Shown here one piece after another: positions 21,142 to 34,102 of a stretch of 64,000 bases of DNA. The notes under the pieces are model-generated. The model ran no database searches and was not told where the DNA came from. It worked only from the letters and a program-made list of their open reading frames with translations. The position numbers and the translations under genes were made by a program. Numbering within the stretch: position 1 is the first letter of the stretch; each line of letters opens with the position of its first letter. Origin of the DNA: Blepharisma stoltei ATCC 30299 (taxonomy: Eukaryota; Protista; Ciliophora); the NCBI GenBank assembly GCA_965603825.1, contig CBFDEM010000051.1, positions 310,001 to 374,000 of the forward strand, written 5' to 3'.

Positions 21142-23880
21142 ATGGGAGGTTGTTTCAGCAACAACAAATCGAAAACGAGTGACATAAATCACGCCCGGAA
21201 ACAAAGCTCAGTTCGAATAACAGACATTAACCTTGCCTCAGCCACAGTTTCGAACAGAATTAACACTGAAGAGCTTAAAGCCAATTCACGCCCAGGCTCT
21301 GCAAATAGAAAAGCTCATAAAAAAGGAGCACATGTAGGAAATCTTCAAAGGAAAGCAAGCATGATCACAGAAGCCACCACCGCAGCAATAAGCACCCGTG
21401 ACAAAACACTTGAGGAAACGCTTGAAATACGAGAGGCTTTAAGCCACCACTTCATATTCAATAATCTGCCTGATGAAGTTATAGATACAATCTTAGGGAT
21501 GATGAAATTATTTGTTTTGGAGCCCAATCAGCTAGTATACGGCCAGGATCAGATGGGGACTCATTTTTTTGTAGTAACCAAAGGAAAGCTGGAAATTAGA
21601 GTGAAAAACGAGCCTAAAGGAGTGATCACGAAAGGGATGAGTTTTGGCGAACTTGCATTAATGCATGACTCGAAACGTACAAATTCTGTATACACAATGG
21701 AAAGAACTATGCTATGGGGAATTGACCGATATGAGTTTAGAAACGCTGTGGCGTCCTATAATTCACAAAGATTCGAAGAAAACAGAAAATTCATTGATTC
21801 TGTCCCATTGCTGCAAATTTTGACGAATGCCCAGAAAGAAGCACTTTTAGCTGTTCTGAAGAGCCAAACTTATAACCCAGGCCAGAAAATTGTGACTGAA
21901 GGAGAGCCAGGAGATCTGTTTTATATAATTAAAGAAGGCACAGTAAGCTGCTATGTTCAAGGAAAAATTGTGAGACAATTGGCGAAAGGCGACTTTTTTG
22001 GCGAGCAGGCTTTGCTTTATAATTCACTGAGAACTGCAACAATTGTTTCAAATACAAAAGTTGGCGTCCTTTCTTTATGTAGAGAAGATTTAATTAATGT
22101 CCTTGGTGACCAGCTTCAACTTATAATATATAAAAACTCCCAACGAATTGCTATTGAGTCAAGTCCTTATTTGAAAGAATTGACCAAAAACCAAGAAGAA
22201 GCTGTGATTCAAAAAATGAAAGTTGTCAGCTATCACAATGGAGAAATCATCATTAATAAAGGAATGCCAAAAGGGCATAAACTATGACTAGTTGTCAAAG
22301 GAGCAGTAATCACTGAAGAAACTGGGAGAAGGATCTTATCATTGCATTGCATAGGAGATGAAGAGCTAACAAACCCAATCCAGAGCAAATATGAAGAAAA
22401 CTATATAGCAGAAGGCTCAGTTGATATTGAAGAAATCGGAAGGACTGAGTTTGAAAATTGTATAGGAGGAAAACTCAATAATATAAAGTCTCATAATGAA
22501 GTATTAAACATCATGAGAAACGTACAGCTACTAAGAGCTCTTCCTATGAATAAGCTCGAGTCCTTGGTTAATATGATTTATGTTCAAACATATGAAGACA
22601 AACAAGTTATATTTCATGAAGCTGCCCCAGGAGATGCATTTTATATAGTAAAATCAGGACAAGTCGACATTATTAAAGACAACACAGTTCTTAGGACCAT
22701 CTCAAAGCATGGCTACTTTGGAGAAAGGTCCATCATCAATAATGAAAAACGAACAGCTACAGTTGCTGCAAGCGGGAGGGCAAAAGTATGGGTACTGAAT
22801 AGAGAAGATTTCTTGAATCTCATAGATGAAGGAATAAGATATCAACTGTTAAAAAGAATGGAATTACAAGATGATTCCATCACCTTAAGTGATTTATGCA
22901 TTGTGAAAATGCTTGGCAAAGGGATGTTCGGCAACGTCTTTATGGCTATCAATAAAAACAAAGGGACTTTATATGCCCTTAAAACTGTAAATAGAGCTAA
23001 AATCAGAAGCTATGACTTATATACAAACTTATTATTAGAAAGACACATCTTGCTACAAATAGACCATCCTTTCATTATGAAGCTTGTCAAAACTTTCAAA
23101 GATACAGAGCGCGTTTATTTTTTAACCGAGCTTGTAAGAGGAAAAGACTTATTTGACGTCCTAAGAGAAATGAACTTATTGAGTGATTCAGACACAAAAT
23201 TTTTTTCTTCTTGCCTTTTGATGATTTTAGAGCATATGCACGAGAGAGGAATTATTTATCGTGATCTTAAGCCTGAAAATATTATGATCGATGAAGATGG
23301 GTATCCAAAACTCATTGATTTTGGGACTGCAAAAGTTGTAGAAGGCAGGACATACACTGTAGTAGGGACTCCTCATTATATGGCTCCAGAAGTGATACTA
23401 GGGAAAGGATATGGGCTTTCAGCTGATTATTGGTGCTTAGGGGTCATTATTTATGAATTTGTAGTCGGGTCATTACCATTTGGAGACGAAGAAGAAGAGC
23501 CTTATGCGGTATATGAACAAGTACTGAAAGCTAAATTAGGATATCCCCACCATACAAGAATGAACCCAAAATGCAGAGAAGTGATCGAAAAGCTCCTTGA
23601 AAAAAACCCAGTTATGAGAGGGACAATTGAAACAATAAAAGCTATGAAATGGTTTGAGGATATCGACTGAGATAACTTGCTTGGTAAACAAATAAAGCCA
23701 CCTTATATTCCGCGCTTGCCTAATCAGTCAGCAGAAATAAATCAAGCTATGAAATCTAAAGTATCACTAACAGGTGTGATTTCGGTAATTTTTATGTAGA
23801 AAGAAGAAGCCCATGATGTATTCGAAATTCCAAGAGGTAGAGGTAAACCTCCTCCGACAGGATGGGATGATGTTTTTTAA
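21142..23880 (+). CDS. PKG: cGMP-dependent protein kinase, alveolate type (four CNB domains, one degenerate)
   Basis: MGGCFS acylation motif; FGELAL, FGEQAL and FGERS CNB motifs; GKGMFG, YRDLKPEN, GTPHYMAPE. TGA 22285 and 23668; intron 23785-23799. Ends GWDDVF-TAA. Confidence 0.93.
23785..23799 (+). other. 15-nt intron gtaatttttatgtag
   Basis: Removal yields the AGC C-tail WDDVF. Confidence 0.85.
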
Positions 23881-23910
23881 ATTATTACATAAATGAAATT
23901 AATAGCTTAA

Positions 23911-24876
23911 ATGGAGCAAGACTTAGTCATTTATAAGAAAAGCGATAATTATGATCCTGTTATTCAAATTGTAAGATGCTGGGTTACTTTATATCAAATC
24001 AGAGGCTACAAAGAATGCGAAAGCGGTCATAATTGGAATAAGATAGAAAATCTCCCAGTTTTGAGATATGAAAAGAGTATTTTTGGAAAGGAGCATGTCT
24101 TGGAGTTTCTTAAATCGGCTTATGATATCAATTTCAATTTAACTGAAGAAGAAAAAAAAGAATCCTCATTGATGGAAGAGCTATGTATTAGTCGAATTAA
24201 TCCAGCAACAAGGTATGCGATGTGAAATGAACAAAATAGAAAAATTCAAAATGAAACTGGTAGCAATAATTTTTGAAGTATTTTGATAAAGCTATTAGAA
24301 AATTTAGGACTTGCTGTGAAAAAACCAAATGAAAAGGAGAGTTTAAAGTATCAGTATGCATTTTCATCTGAAGAAAATTCATTTAATCAAGTGCATCAAG
24401 CTCATCAGCTTTTAAGTGAAAAACTCGGAAATCAAACGTTTTTCTTTGAAGAGAGAAATAGAGCCAGATTCCCAAGAAGTGCAGATATTTCTATTTATGC
24501 ATATTTATTAGAAGAGTTTGAATATTTGCATGATCATCCTCACGTAACTGAATCATTAAACAGTTTTCCAAATTTACTAAGCTTTGTTCAGAGAATTAGT
24601 AGCATATTGCTATCGAGCAATCAGAAGAAAGAAATTCCTGAATACAGCATTATTTATAGGCATTTCGCGAATATTCAAGAGGATGAATTTTATTATCCTC
24701 CTACAATACAAATAAAGCCTTATCAAGAATCTAACTGAGAATTAATTAAATATAAGTTCCAAGATAAATCCTTAGATCTAAAAGATTCCACAAAAGACAC
24801 AAAACGGCGAATTTACGTGGTAAGTATTTCAGCAATTTTATTCTTCATCATTTATTTGAAAATCATTAAACATTAG
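23911..24876 (+). CDS. Metaxin/Sam37-like GST-fold protein with C-terminal TM anchor
   Basis: LPVLRY, LSEKLGNQTFFF...PRSADISIYAYL, FPNLLSFVQRI. TGAs at 24223, 24274 and 24736. Hydrophobic C-tail. Ends TAG. Confidence 0.72.
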
Positions 24877-25149
24877 CTGAAGCCAATTAAAATCGCAATC
24901 TTAATATATATATATTAATTATATTAAAAATGCACTTAAATTATAGTTAATTTATAATTGCTTAAAAGAAAAAGATTTATATTTTATAAGTGAAATAATC
25001 CTTCTAACTTCAAAAAATGCTTTTACATAAGCCCAAATCTTTGAATCAATATAGACAATATAGACAGATGGCGACCATAAAAAAGACATAAACCTGAGTA
25101 AAAAATATATTTTGTTTAATTCAAATAAGAATTAATACCATCTTAGCAG

Positions 25150-26130
25150 TTATATTTCAGCACCATATCGCTCTACAACAGGCTTTGAAATTTTGGCTAC
25201 CATTAACATTTCGTAGGGGCGCCGACTATCAAACTCCTGTGGGCATAGAACAATAAAAACTTCATTATTACTTTCAACCATTTCAGACCCTTCTGGTATC
25301 TTTGCTTGCAAATATGGAGGCAAAGGCTGTGCCTGAGCAGAGCTTCCAACAACTGAAATATTGAAGTAAATTCCTCTGTCCTTGGATCTAAATAAATACA
25401 TTATCAAAAATAGGCTGATTATTTCGCAAATTTCGCACGACATCACAATAATATCTCAATAGATAAACGGAGGGTCGAAGAAGTTTGCAATTATTATCAA
25501 GAAAGTCACTGTAAAAATTTGTTGAATATAATAAAAATAGCAAATCTTTAAAAAGAATTTTAGCATTGAAATTTTATCTGAAGTGGGCTGAATCATCTGA
25601 GTGATGTTAGAGTTTCTCAAAGAAGTTAAGCGATGCTGTAAAGCATTGATATTTCCTAAGCAATATTTTTGGGTAAGGTAAAGCAATATAGAAAGAATGA
25701 GGTCAAGTAAAACAACTAACCTGTCTGGATTTATCATGAAAGCGCTAAATCCTAAATATACAGCTCCCATAGTCATTGCAATGATACTAACTTCACTTCT
25801 TTCAAGTGTATCACGAGTGATACCAAAACCTTTGCTGATCAAAATTAAGCATGTAAAAATAAATGTATTGTATAAAGTATATGTTGAACTTCAGGCTAAT
25901 TCCCAATAATCTCACGTTGATGATTCTGTGCAGGTAAAATACTTAGGAGATGAAAATATATCATTCAGTGTTTTGAAGCACAAAACTAAAACTATTACTT
26001 TTTGTAAAGGCTTCGTAAATTGCCAATTTATTTTTCAGGTATTCAGAATTCACCACATAAAAAAGCTGCATCAACTAATGCTAGTAAAAATGTAAAAATA
26101 TCCCAAAGCGAGGTTATTTGTGCAAGCCAT
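25150..26130 (-). CDS. Multi-pass (about 7TM) membrane protein, GOST family-like (GPR180/TMEM145/GPR107)
   Basis: Single 326-aa frame from ATG 26130 using six TGA=Trp codons. LILISKGFGITRDTL motif; alternating hydrophobic helices. Confidence 0.7.
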
Positions 26131-26412
26131 TTATTGTTTTATTATTTTGTGCTACATTAGAATAGGAATAAATATTGATTATCATATAAATAAAAATAAA
26201 GATACTTATATAGTAGCGCATGCATCTGAATTATATAAGTAATGAGCATAACCAAATTAATAAATTTTAGATTTTATCAATAAATTAAATTATTTAAATT
26301 TTCATGTTTATAAAAAATATTAGCTTCTTCCACTTAATGTCGTTATACTACTAGAAAACGGCCAATTTAGAGATCAAGAAGAGAGACTTCTATCAATAAT
26401 TTATTAGCAAAG

Positions 26413-28398
26413 TTAGTTTCTTCGATTATTAAAAGATGCTATCCATTTTTCCAATGTCAATCTTATTTCTTTTGCAGAAGGTCTGCTTTCTGGATCTGTA
26501 TACCAAGTGCATTCCATTAAATTTACTATCTGTGGCAATTTATTATGAATCATTTCAGGAATTTCTGGCCTTTCCATCGCTTTTAGTTTTTCACAAAATT
26601 CCTCAGGTTCTAACTGATTATTTTTTTTCAAATAATCAAATGGTGATCTTCTTATAATTACAGCATAAGTCGTCATTCCATAGGATCATATATCTGCTTT
26701 CTGTGTAGGATTGTTTCCTTTAATATGCTCTGGGGAACAATAATGCAATGTAAATCCTGGGCTTATTTTCATTCCTTCACCTAAAAACTCACTCATTCCA
26801 AAATCAGCTATTTTCGGAGTGTTATTTTCATCAAAAAATATATTTTGCGGCTTTATATCAAAATGGCAAATGTTTTTATAATGCATAAACTCTAAACCTT
26901 TTATGACTCCATGTAGTCTTTCGAGTCTTATCTTAAGATCTGCTCTAGGCTGATTTTTGATAAATGAGCTTAATGTTTCATTGGAGCAGAACTCTAGCAC
27001 CAAGCCTAATTTATCCTCCACTTTAACACACCCATAACACTTAATTATATTTTCATGGCAAAGGCATTTCATTATTACTAATTCTTTCTGAAGTCTGGAT
27101 AATGCTTTTCCATTTCCTTCTTTAACTTCTCTTGCGAATTTTATAGCAACATTCATTCCATGAAGCTCATTTTGGTACACATCTCCAAATCCTCCTTGTC
27201 CAATATGCCTTTCTTCGTCAATTAATTTTGGGTATTTAAAATCGAGAGATGGAATTAAGTCACAGTCTAAAATTTCATAGCTGGGATTATAGAAAATGTC
27301 TAATATTTTTGACATTAAAAGAGAATACCATCATCTTAACTTCCTTTCATAATCTTTTAAGGCCATGAAGTCATTTTCATCTCTATCTCGAATTCTAGCC
27401 ACTTTATTAATATTGTCAGGGATAAAACAAAAATTGTAACCGTCCTTCTCTGATCCATAAATTACAATATTTTGCGCTGGAAATGATAAAAACTCAAATA
27501 AATGCTCAAACATTTCGATAATTGTAGAGATAATGGCTTCCAGCAATTCTTCTGGTGTTTCCCTTATTTCTAAAAAATTATATAGCTGCATATAAATAAA
27601 TTCAGGGCCAGTTGGATTTGGTTTTTCATTTTCAAAGTAGAGCTTTAAAAATTGATCTTTATTTATTAAATTTTGGACTAATGATTTTGAAGTTCCAGCT
27701 TCCTGAATTGATGGCATAGAATTTGAATTAACTGAAGAATCTTGCTCATATGTCGAATTTTCTTCTTCAGAATCGCTTGAAGACGACTCTATATTTTTAT
27801 TATCATATTTTCCTTGCCCATCTGAATAAATTTTTGATTTAATGCTTGGGTCAAGTCCATTGTTTGTGTTTTCAATTAAGAAATAAAACTGATGGACATG
27901 TTCATTGTATATAAGAGTTGCTTTCTTGATATAAGCCATTATAACATTCTCGATATCTGGACAATCAAGTTGGAAATATCTTAGGGAGAGCTCGAGCTGG
28001 AGGAATTGATTTTTGCCAACGATGTTGAAATATCCAATATCAAGATTTGCATTGACAATGGAAATCATGATCAATGCTTTTTCTTTGAGGTTTGGATCTG
28101 CGAATTTGAAGGGCTCATTTCTGACGGTGAAATATATTCTTATTTTGATAAGAGTTTCAAATATAGCTATTTGAACGATAAATATTTGGAGACTTTGTAT
28201 TTTTTCCTTTGAAACAAGAGAGCATGGCAAACTGAAAGTGAAATTTGTTGGAGTTTCTGAAGTTTTAGGCGAAGCTTTTGTAAGTCTTGCAATAATTGAG
28301 TTAGTCTTCTTGATTATATTATTCATCTCTTTTGTATATTGGTATCTTGTTTGGAGCGAAGTGCTGCTTTGAGTACTTGATGATATTTGGTAATCCAT
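26413..28398 (-). CDS. Protein kinase (TKL-like) with long N-terminal extension
   Basis: IGQGGFGDVY, VAIK, HFDIKPQN, IADFG, KADIW(TGA 26686)SYG, CTWYTDPESRPSA. Joined to the N-terminal ORF through TGA 27331. Confidence 0.88.
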
Positions 28399-28735
28399 AA
28401 TATTTTTATTAGTTCTATACTATTTATTTTTAGCTTTACTCTTAAATAGAACTAAATAATTATCTGAATCCTGTAAGATATTAAAACATTATACCCTCAC
28501 TCTTCAACTCCACATTTGAAAATTTAATTATGTTTAAAATAAACTTTAGATGCAAAAAAGAACAAAACTTCAATTGAATGAGATTGCTAAAAAGCCATTT
28601 TCTTTATTCTTTTTCAAGTATTGATCTAAAAATAATCCTTGATTGCTATATTAGTTTAAAATGCATAAAATTACCAAACAAGAAATTTATTAAGCCGAAA
28701 TCTAAATAAAATTTGATTTATTAGTTATAGACAAA

Positions 28736-29422
28736 ATGTCAATTAATCTTAACAACACTTATCATTCACTTGAAGAGGTCAAAAAGCAACGAAAAGGCTT
28801 AGAGAAAAATGCTATTAAGATTAATTGCAGAATAAAACTACTTCAGCAGGAGGAACAAAAAGCCATGAGAGCAATTAAAACAGCAAAATCTAAACAAAAA
28901 CAAATAATTGCATCTCGGCGATATAACGATCAACTCTCAAAAACTAAAATGCAGTGAGAAAACTGGAAGCAGCAAGAAATGATGAGAAACAAAGAATGGA
29001 TTAGATCGTTTAGGAATGAGAGAGAAAAAAATAAATTACAAAATGAAAAAGCAATTTTAGATGCTAGAAAAGAAGCTTACAAAAAAGGTAGAGAAATAAG
29101 AGACTTGAGCCTAAAACGAAAAAATGAAATAAAACTAGAAATTATCGCTATAAATAAAGAAAGATCTCAAAGTGTAAAACTAAATGAGAAAAAAATTCAA
29201 GAAACATTAGAAACTTGGGGGACAGTAAAAGTCCAAGTTGGAAAAGATGATTATCTGAAGAGGGTTGAAAAAGAAGCTGCTAAGAAGAAAGAAGTAGAAA
29301 TGAAAATACTAGAAATGGAAATGCTGGAGTCTGAAATTATAGCGAAGCTAGAAATGACAAAAGAAATGCAAAAAATAACAGCGGATGAGCTTCAATGGGT
29401 CACTGAGAATAAAGAGCTTTAA
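28736..29422 (+). CDS. Coiled-coil hypothetical protein
   Basis: Two in-frame ORFs joined by TGA 28955-28957; K/E/R-rich heptads. Confidence 0.7.
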
Positions 29423-29491
29423 TTAGAATCATGAGAAGCTCTATAATTCATTTTTTATTATTTAAATGCTCTTTTAACCCATTTTACCAAC

Positions 29492-30226
29492 TTAATTCGA
29501 TGTTAAAGTTAAGGTGCTGTTACCACTGTCTATCAAAAAGGCACGAGGGTGGTTAGATCCGCACATTCCTGAGCAAAGATAAAGCTGGACTAAATAATTT
29601 CCAGTCGGCCAGTAGTTCGATTCTCCGAAGTCTCCTCTTGTATCAATTGAAATTTGAACGCTATATGGTCCAGGCATAAATCCTTCATTCAAGAAATCAT
29701 TCCAGTTTTGTCCGTAATCGCCAGGAGCAGTGATGTTCATGCCAATTTGTCCAGTTCCAGTTCTCTGAGTAATATTGAAGTTCATGGTAACTGTAAATGT
29801 AGTTCCAACTGGACCATTGGTAGGAAGAATTGAAATACTAGTAATATTTCCGGCACCTCCTGCAACTGCTGGGCATTGCCCCAATAACTGGCAGTAATAA
29901 ATTGGGTCTAAGTCTGCAGAGACCAAAGCTTCAATGAAGGCTCTAATTCCTACATAGTCGCAAAGGACATTGCAGAAGACTTTTTCGAGTTCAGTGTGGA
30001 GGATTCCACAAAGTTCTTCACAGCTACCAATGATGTAGTGGTCTAGGACGTAGTTGAGAAGGACGTTGATATCTGCTCCTGCAAATTGGAAGCATGCTGC
30101 GCAAAGATCATTACTTTCTCCATCAGCTTCGACAAAATCGAGAGTTTCAATGGAGGTGACTGTCACTTTAGCTTGTGAGAGGCAAGCGATTATGCTGAGG
30201 ATTAAAAACAGCTTACAACCAGACAT
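29492..30226 (-). CDS. Secreted saposin-B domain protein, countin-like
   Basis: Signal peptide; six-Cys saposin pattern CAACFQF...SCEELC...FCNVLC...DLDPIYYCQLLGQCP; C-terminal beta-rich domain ending CSGMCGSNHP. Confidence 0.8.
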   Translation of the reverse strand: MSGCKLFLILSIIACLSQAKVTVTSIETLDFVEADGESNDLCAACFQFAGADINVLLNYVLDHYIIGSCEELCGILHTELEKVFCNVLCDYVGIRAFIEALVSADLDPIYYCQLLGQCPAVAGGAGNITSISILPTNGPVGTTFTVTMNFNITQRTGTGQIGMNITAPGDYGQNWNDFLNEGFMPGPYSVQISIDTRGDFGESNYWPTGNYLVQLYLCSGMCGSNHPRAFLIDSGNSTLTLTSN

Positions 30227-30642
30227 ATTTTATTCACCATATACAGAGCGAACATTCTGGCTCTTCCAATTATTGGAGATAATAAATATTTATGCATTTG
30301 TGATAAGAATCATGTGGGGATTTTTTAAAACTTTTAAAACAGGGATTTAAAGGGAGATCTAAATAAATGATAAAAACAGAAATATTCTGAAGAATAATTA
30401 TTGAAGTTTTAGATAAATATTCCTGCTATCGCAAGATAAAAGGTATTTGTTTCTAATTAATTTAAAATTTCTTCTTTTCATTGATTTCTCAAACTATTGC
30501 AGACAGGCTTCAGTATATTATCTATTTTAGATTATTTTTTCTAGCAGTCGAAAGGCTTGATAAATCCTAATTTGTATTAAATCACCAATTCTTTCTTAAT
30601 CTTTTGTAAATTAAGTATATTATGATATAAATAAGGTTGAAT

Positions 30643-31980
30643 ATGGAATCTATTGAGGCATTTTTATTGAGGCCAAGCCCAGCTCTTGCAGATACTTTAT
30701 TATCCCGCCTTTCATTCCCCGATATAGCTCGATTTTGCAAATCAAGCAAGCTTAAAGGCTCTGAACTGCTTGATAACTTAAGCAAATTCAACAAACTTGA
30801 TATCATCAATGATTTCGGCATTGAAGAAATCTTTTCCCTTCTTCAATCTCCTCATCTTCGTATTACCTTAATTAATTGCTTATCTACACAAGATGTTCAA
30901 GAACTATTTTCTCATCAATTTATTCTAACAATGCTTAATTTTATATCCCAAGAAGACTTAGGTTGTGCAATTTCTGCTAAAAATTTCATTGTGAGAAAAC
31001 TTAATAGGTCATTTTTAAATGATGAAGTCTTACAATCAATAAAAAAATTGATGGAAAGTGGGGACTCTACAATTCAGCTAAGATACATTGAACTTGCAAT
31101 TGAAGCTGGAAATAAAGACCCAGAAGTTTTTACTGCTCTTGCTAATATTGGGGTTTATGAAGCAGCAATTGATATGTTCACGAGCGAGGATTTATTGTCA
31201 AGACTAGCTTCTATTGAAGTTGTAGCTGAATTAGGAAACTCTGAGCAGGGATGCAAAGTTTTATTGAAAGAAAAAGTTCGGAATATGATCCGTGAAAGTG
31301 TGGAAGATGATTATAATGATATTTATACGAGAGCAAAGCTGCTTTTATTAGCATGCAAAATATATTCTTATACTGGAAATGCTGAGCTTTTCCAAGGAAA
31401 ATTCTGAAATATAGTTGAAATGGCATTGCGATCTACTGATGATACGATGGTCAATAATGGACTTACAGGGATTTCTATCATTGCTTCAAGGCCTATAGGT
31501 GCATCTTTAATTGCTGATCGAGCAGAAATAATTGCAGCCTTCGCGAGACTTCAAACCTCAGCCAATATAAATTCCAAAACTGGATTTTACCTTGTTTTCG
31601 CAGAAATCGCGTCACATTCAGACGAAGAATCAATCAGAAAAATTCTTTCAAGCATTTGATGGACTGATCCTATATTGAGAGAGCTAAGTGCCCCTTTCCA
31701 AGAGATTTTAGTTAGTATACTAAAAGCTGTGAAAGGATTTTTAAGATTCCCATATATAGTGCAGCAGCTTTACAGTCAGCCAAAGTTTGCAGAATTTATG
31801 CTGAAGCGAACAATGCATGATGGTCCGGAGTTAGTTTATTTGAGATATGAAATAAACCAAAAAGCTACTCAGCTAGAATTAGATGATTTGTTGAAAGACA
31901 AATTAAATGATTATGTAAGAGAAGGAGTTTACCCTCAAAATTCAGGATTTATTGAAGAAGCAATTACAAATGCAAAATAA
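30643..31980 (+). CDS. PSMD5: 26S proteasome assembly chaperone PSMD5/Hsm3-like ARM-repeat protein
   Basis: Three in-frame ORFs joined by TGA 31405 and 31657. IQLRYIEL, SEDLLSRLASIEVVAEL...QGCKVL, APFQEI, PKFAEFMLKR, YVREGVY motifs. Confidence 0.7.
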
Positions 31981-32051
31981 TTATTTTAAGTATTATTTTA
32001 TGAAAATTTATAACGCTATAGATGCTAATTTATTATATTTTCATATTAAAC

Positions 32052-33002
32052 TTAAACTTCAATGTCTCCATTATGAATACTATTAGATTTCCAAGCTCTT
32101 TTATGTGAAGGCAAACCATCATAGTCTGTTAATGGGTATACCAGCAGTTGCAGAAAGCTTACTACAATCATTTCTGAGCACATCAGCATTGCATTTGTAT
32201 AATCAGTAATTTCGGATACAGAGTATTTCCCAGTGCTAGCGATTAAGTTTAATCTTGCAAAAAGTCCTACAATAAGAGGTTGAAATTCCGTGATTATCAA
32301 TGTCAATTTCACAATAAAGAATTTTAATTTGATCTTAAAATCTCTCATTTCTGGTACCTTTTCTACAAAGAAAGCGAAATTAAATAAATAAATAAGGGCA
32401 AACATTGAGCTAATTGACCTACAAAGGGACATCCACAGTCACGAAGATGTATCGTAAACGTCTCCTTCTATATAATCATCATAGTTGCTTCCAATGATAA
32501 TTATTGCTATTAAAGCTGTCACTATCATTACTGCAATGAATTGAAAAACTCCGATTTTCATTTTTCGCATATACTTTTTAACTTGGTTTTGAGTTGCCAA
32601 AGGATAAGGTTTTATACAGCCAAAGCAACATTTTGCTTGATGTTGGTTCATTAAAACTTTTTCTAAGATATCACTAGAAAAACTATTTACTCCGTCTGAA
32701 TCTGTCCATCCAAGTAGCGTCTCCACATATTGCATAAAGAGAAACAACGCAGCTCCTTTGACCAATTGAATTAATACTTGGATAAATCTTATTTCTTCAC
32801 CTGAAAAGAAGCAAGCCCATGATGCTCAGCCAATCACAACAGGGCTCATAAAAATTGCTATGCAGCGAATTTGGGCTTGTTTATACTTGAGATTTACTCT
32901 GAAAATATGAATTTGATAGAAAACAACGATTGATGCTATTAATAATGCAATAGCTGTCACAATGATAGCAGAGCTTTCTTCAAGATTGTCATGATCGACC
33001 AT
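32052..33002 (-). CDS. Organic solute transporter alpha / TMEM184-family protein
   Basis: TGA-joined ORFs (32826, 32439). AQIRCIAIFMSPV, MKIGVFQF, KLKFFIVKLTLIITEFQ, LMCSEMIVVS motifs. Confidence 0.8.
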
Positions 33003-33093
33003 TTCTCGAATTATGGCAACATATTTAAAAGATTTTTTAATCATAAAAAATAATAAGATTTTTATTAAATCTTTAAAACGATGATAATATTTA

Positions 33094-33675
33094 ATGCCAG
33101 CCAAAAGAGTTCTTATTCTTACAGGAGATTGTGCAGAAGATTTAGAAGTCATGGTCCCTTATCAAGTTTTGAAGATGGTTGGACATCATGTCGATGCTGT
33201 ATGTCCAGATAAGCTAGCAGGCCAATCTGTGAGAACTATAATTAATGAAATGGAAGGAGCTCAAACTTACTCAGAAAAACGAGGCCATAATTTCGAGCTT
33301 AATGCTACTTTTGCAGATATTCAAGAATCTTCATATGATGCGCTTGTAATTCCGGGCGGACGTGCTCCTGAATATATAAGGCTGAACCCTAGGGTAATAG
33401 AAATTGTTCGCCACTTTGCTACAAATAATAAACCCATAGCGATAACTTGCCATGGAATCCAAATTTTAACAGCTGCAAATGTATTGTCAGGAAGAAATGT
33501 GACTGCATATTATGCATGTGGGCCTGAAGTTACTAACGCAGGAGGGCACTATGTAATGAAAGGAATAACTGAAGTATTAGTTGATGGTAACTTAGTTACT
33601 GCTGTGGCCTGACCTGGAAATTCTGATTGGTTAGCAGAATTCCTGAAACTTCTTGGGACGACTATTACCCCTTAA
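33094..33675 (+). CDS. DJ-1/PfpI family protein (glyoxalase III/deglycase-like), copy A, diverged
   Basis: [17 protein letters not shown]; nucleophile motif TCHG. TGA 33610-33612 aligns with TGG in copy B. Same 193-aa length as copy B. Confidence 0.92.
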
Positions 33676-34102
33676 CTTAATCAAAATTAACTACTAAATA
33701 GACTCAAATATTTTTTTAAAAAGGAGCTTCAGAATTGAAAAATAAAGATTGCACGAATAACACTTTTTAATCCCTTAAATGTCATCGAATTTAAAAAATT
33801 TATATTAAAAATAGAGCTATATATATTTCCTATCCAGGATAATTTAATCCTTTTAAAAAATCTAGACTGGAATCAGCAATTATTGTTTATTTGCAATGAT
33901 TAAATTTAAGATAAATAAGATTTTATATAAAATATCAGTCATAACTATGCTGAATTCTGATTTTTCAACTTTTCTACTTGATATCTTGATAGAGAAATTA
34001 ACAAAATCTACTATATCCAAGCATAAAAATTAAATCAAAAGTAGAAAAGAGGTAAGCTTTTATTTAGATTTTTATCAAATTTATAATTAATTATAATATT
34101 TA

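Noticed and set aside
32826-33152. Apparent overlap of the OST-alpha ORF with DJ-1 copy A
   Set aside because: The ORF-track start is an upstream in-frame extension. The likely start is ATG 33002 (MVDHDNLEESS), just before the first TM helix, which removes the overlap.
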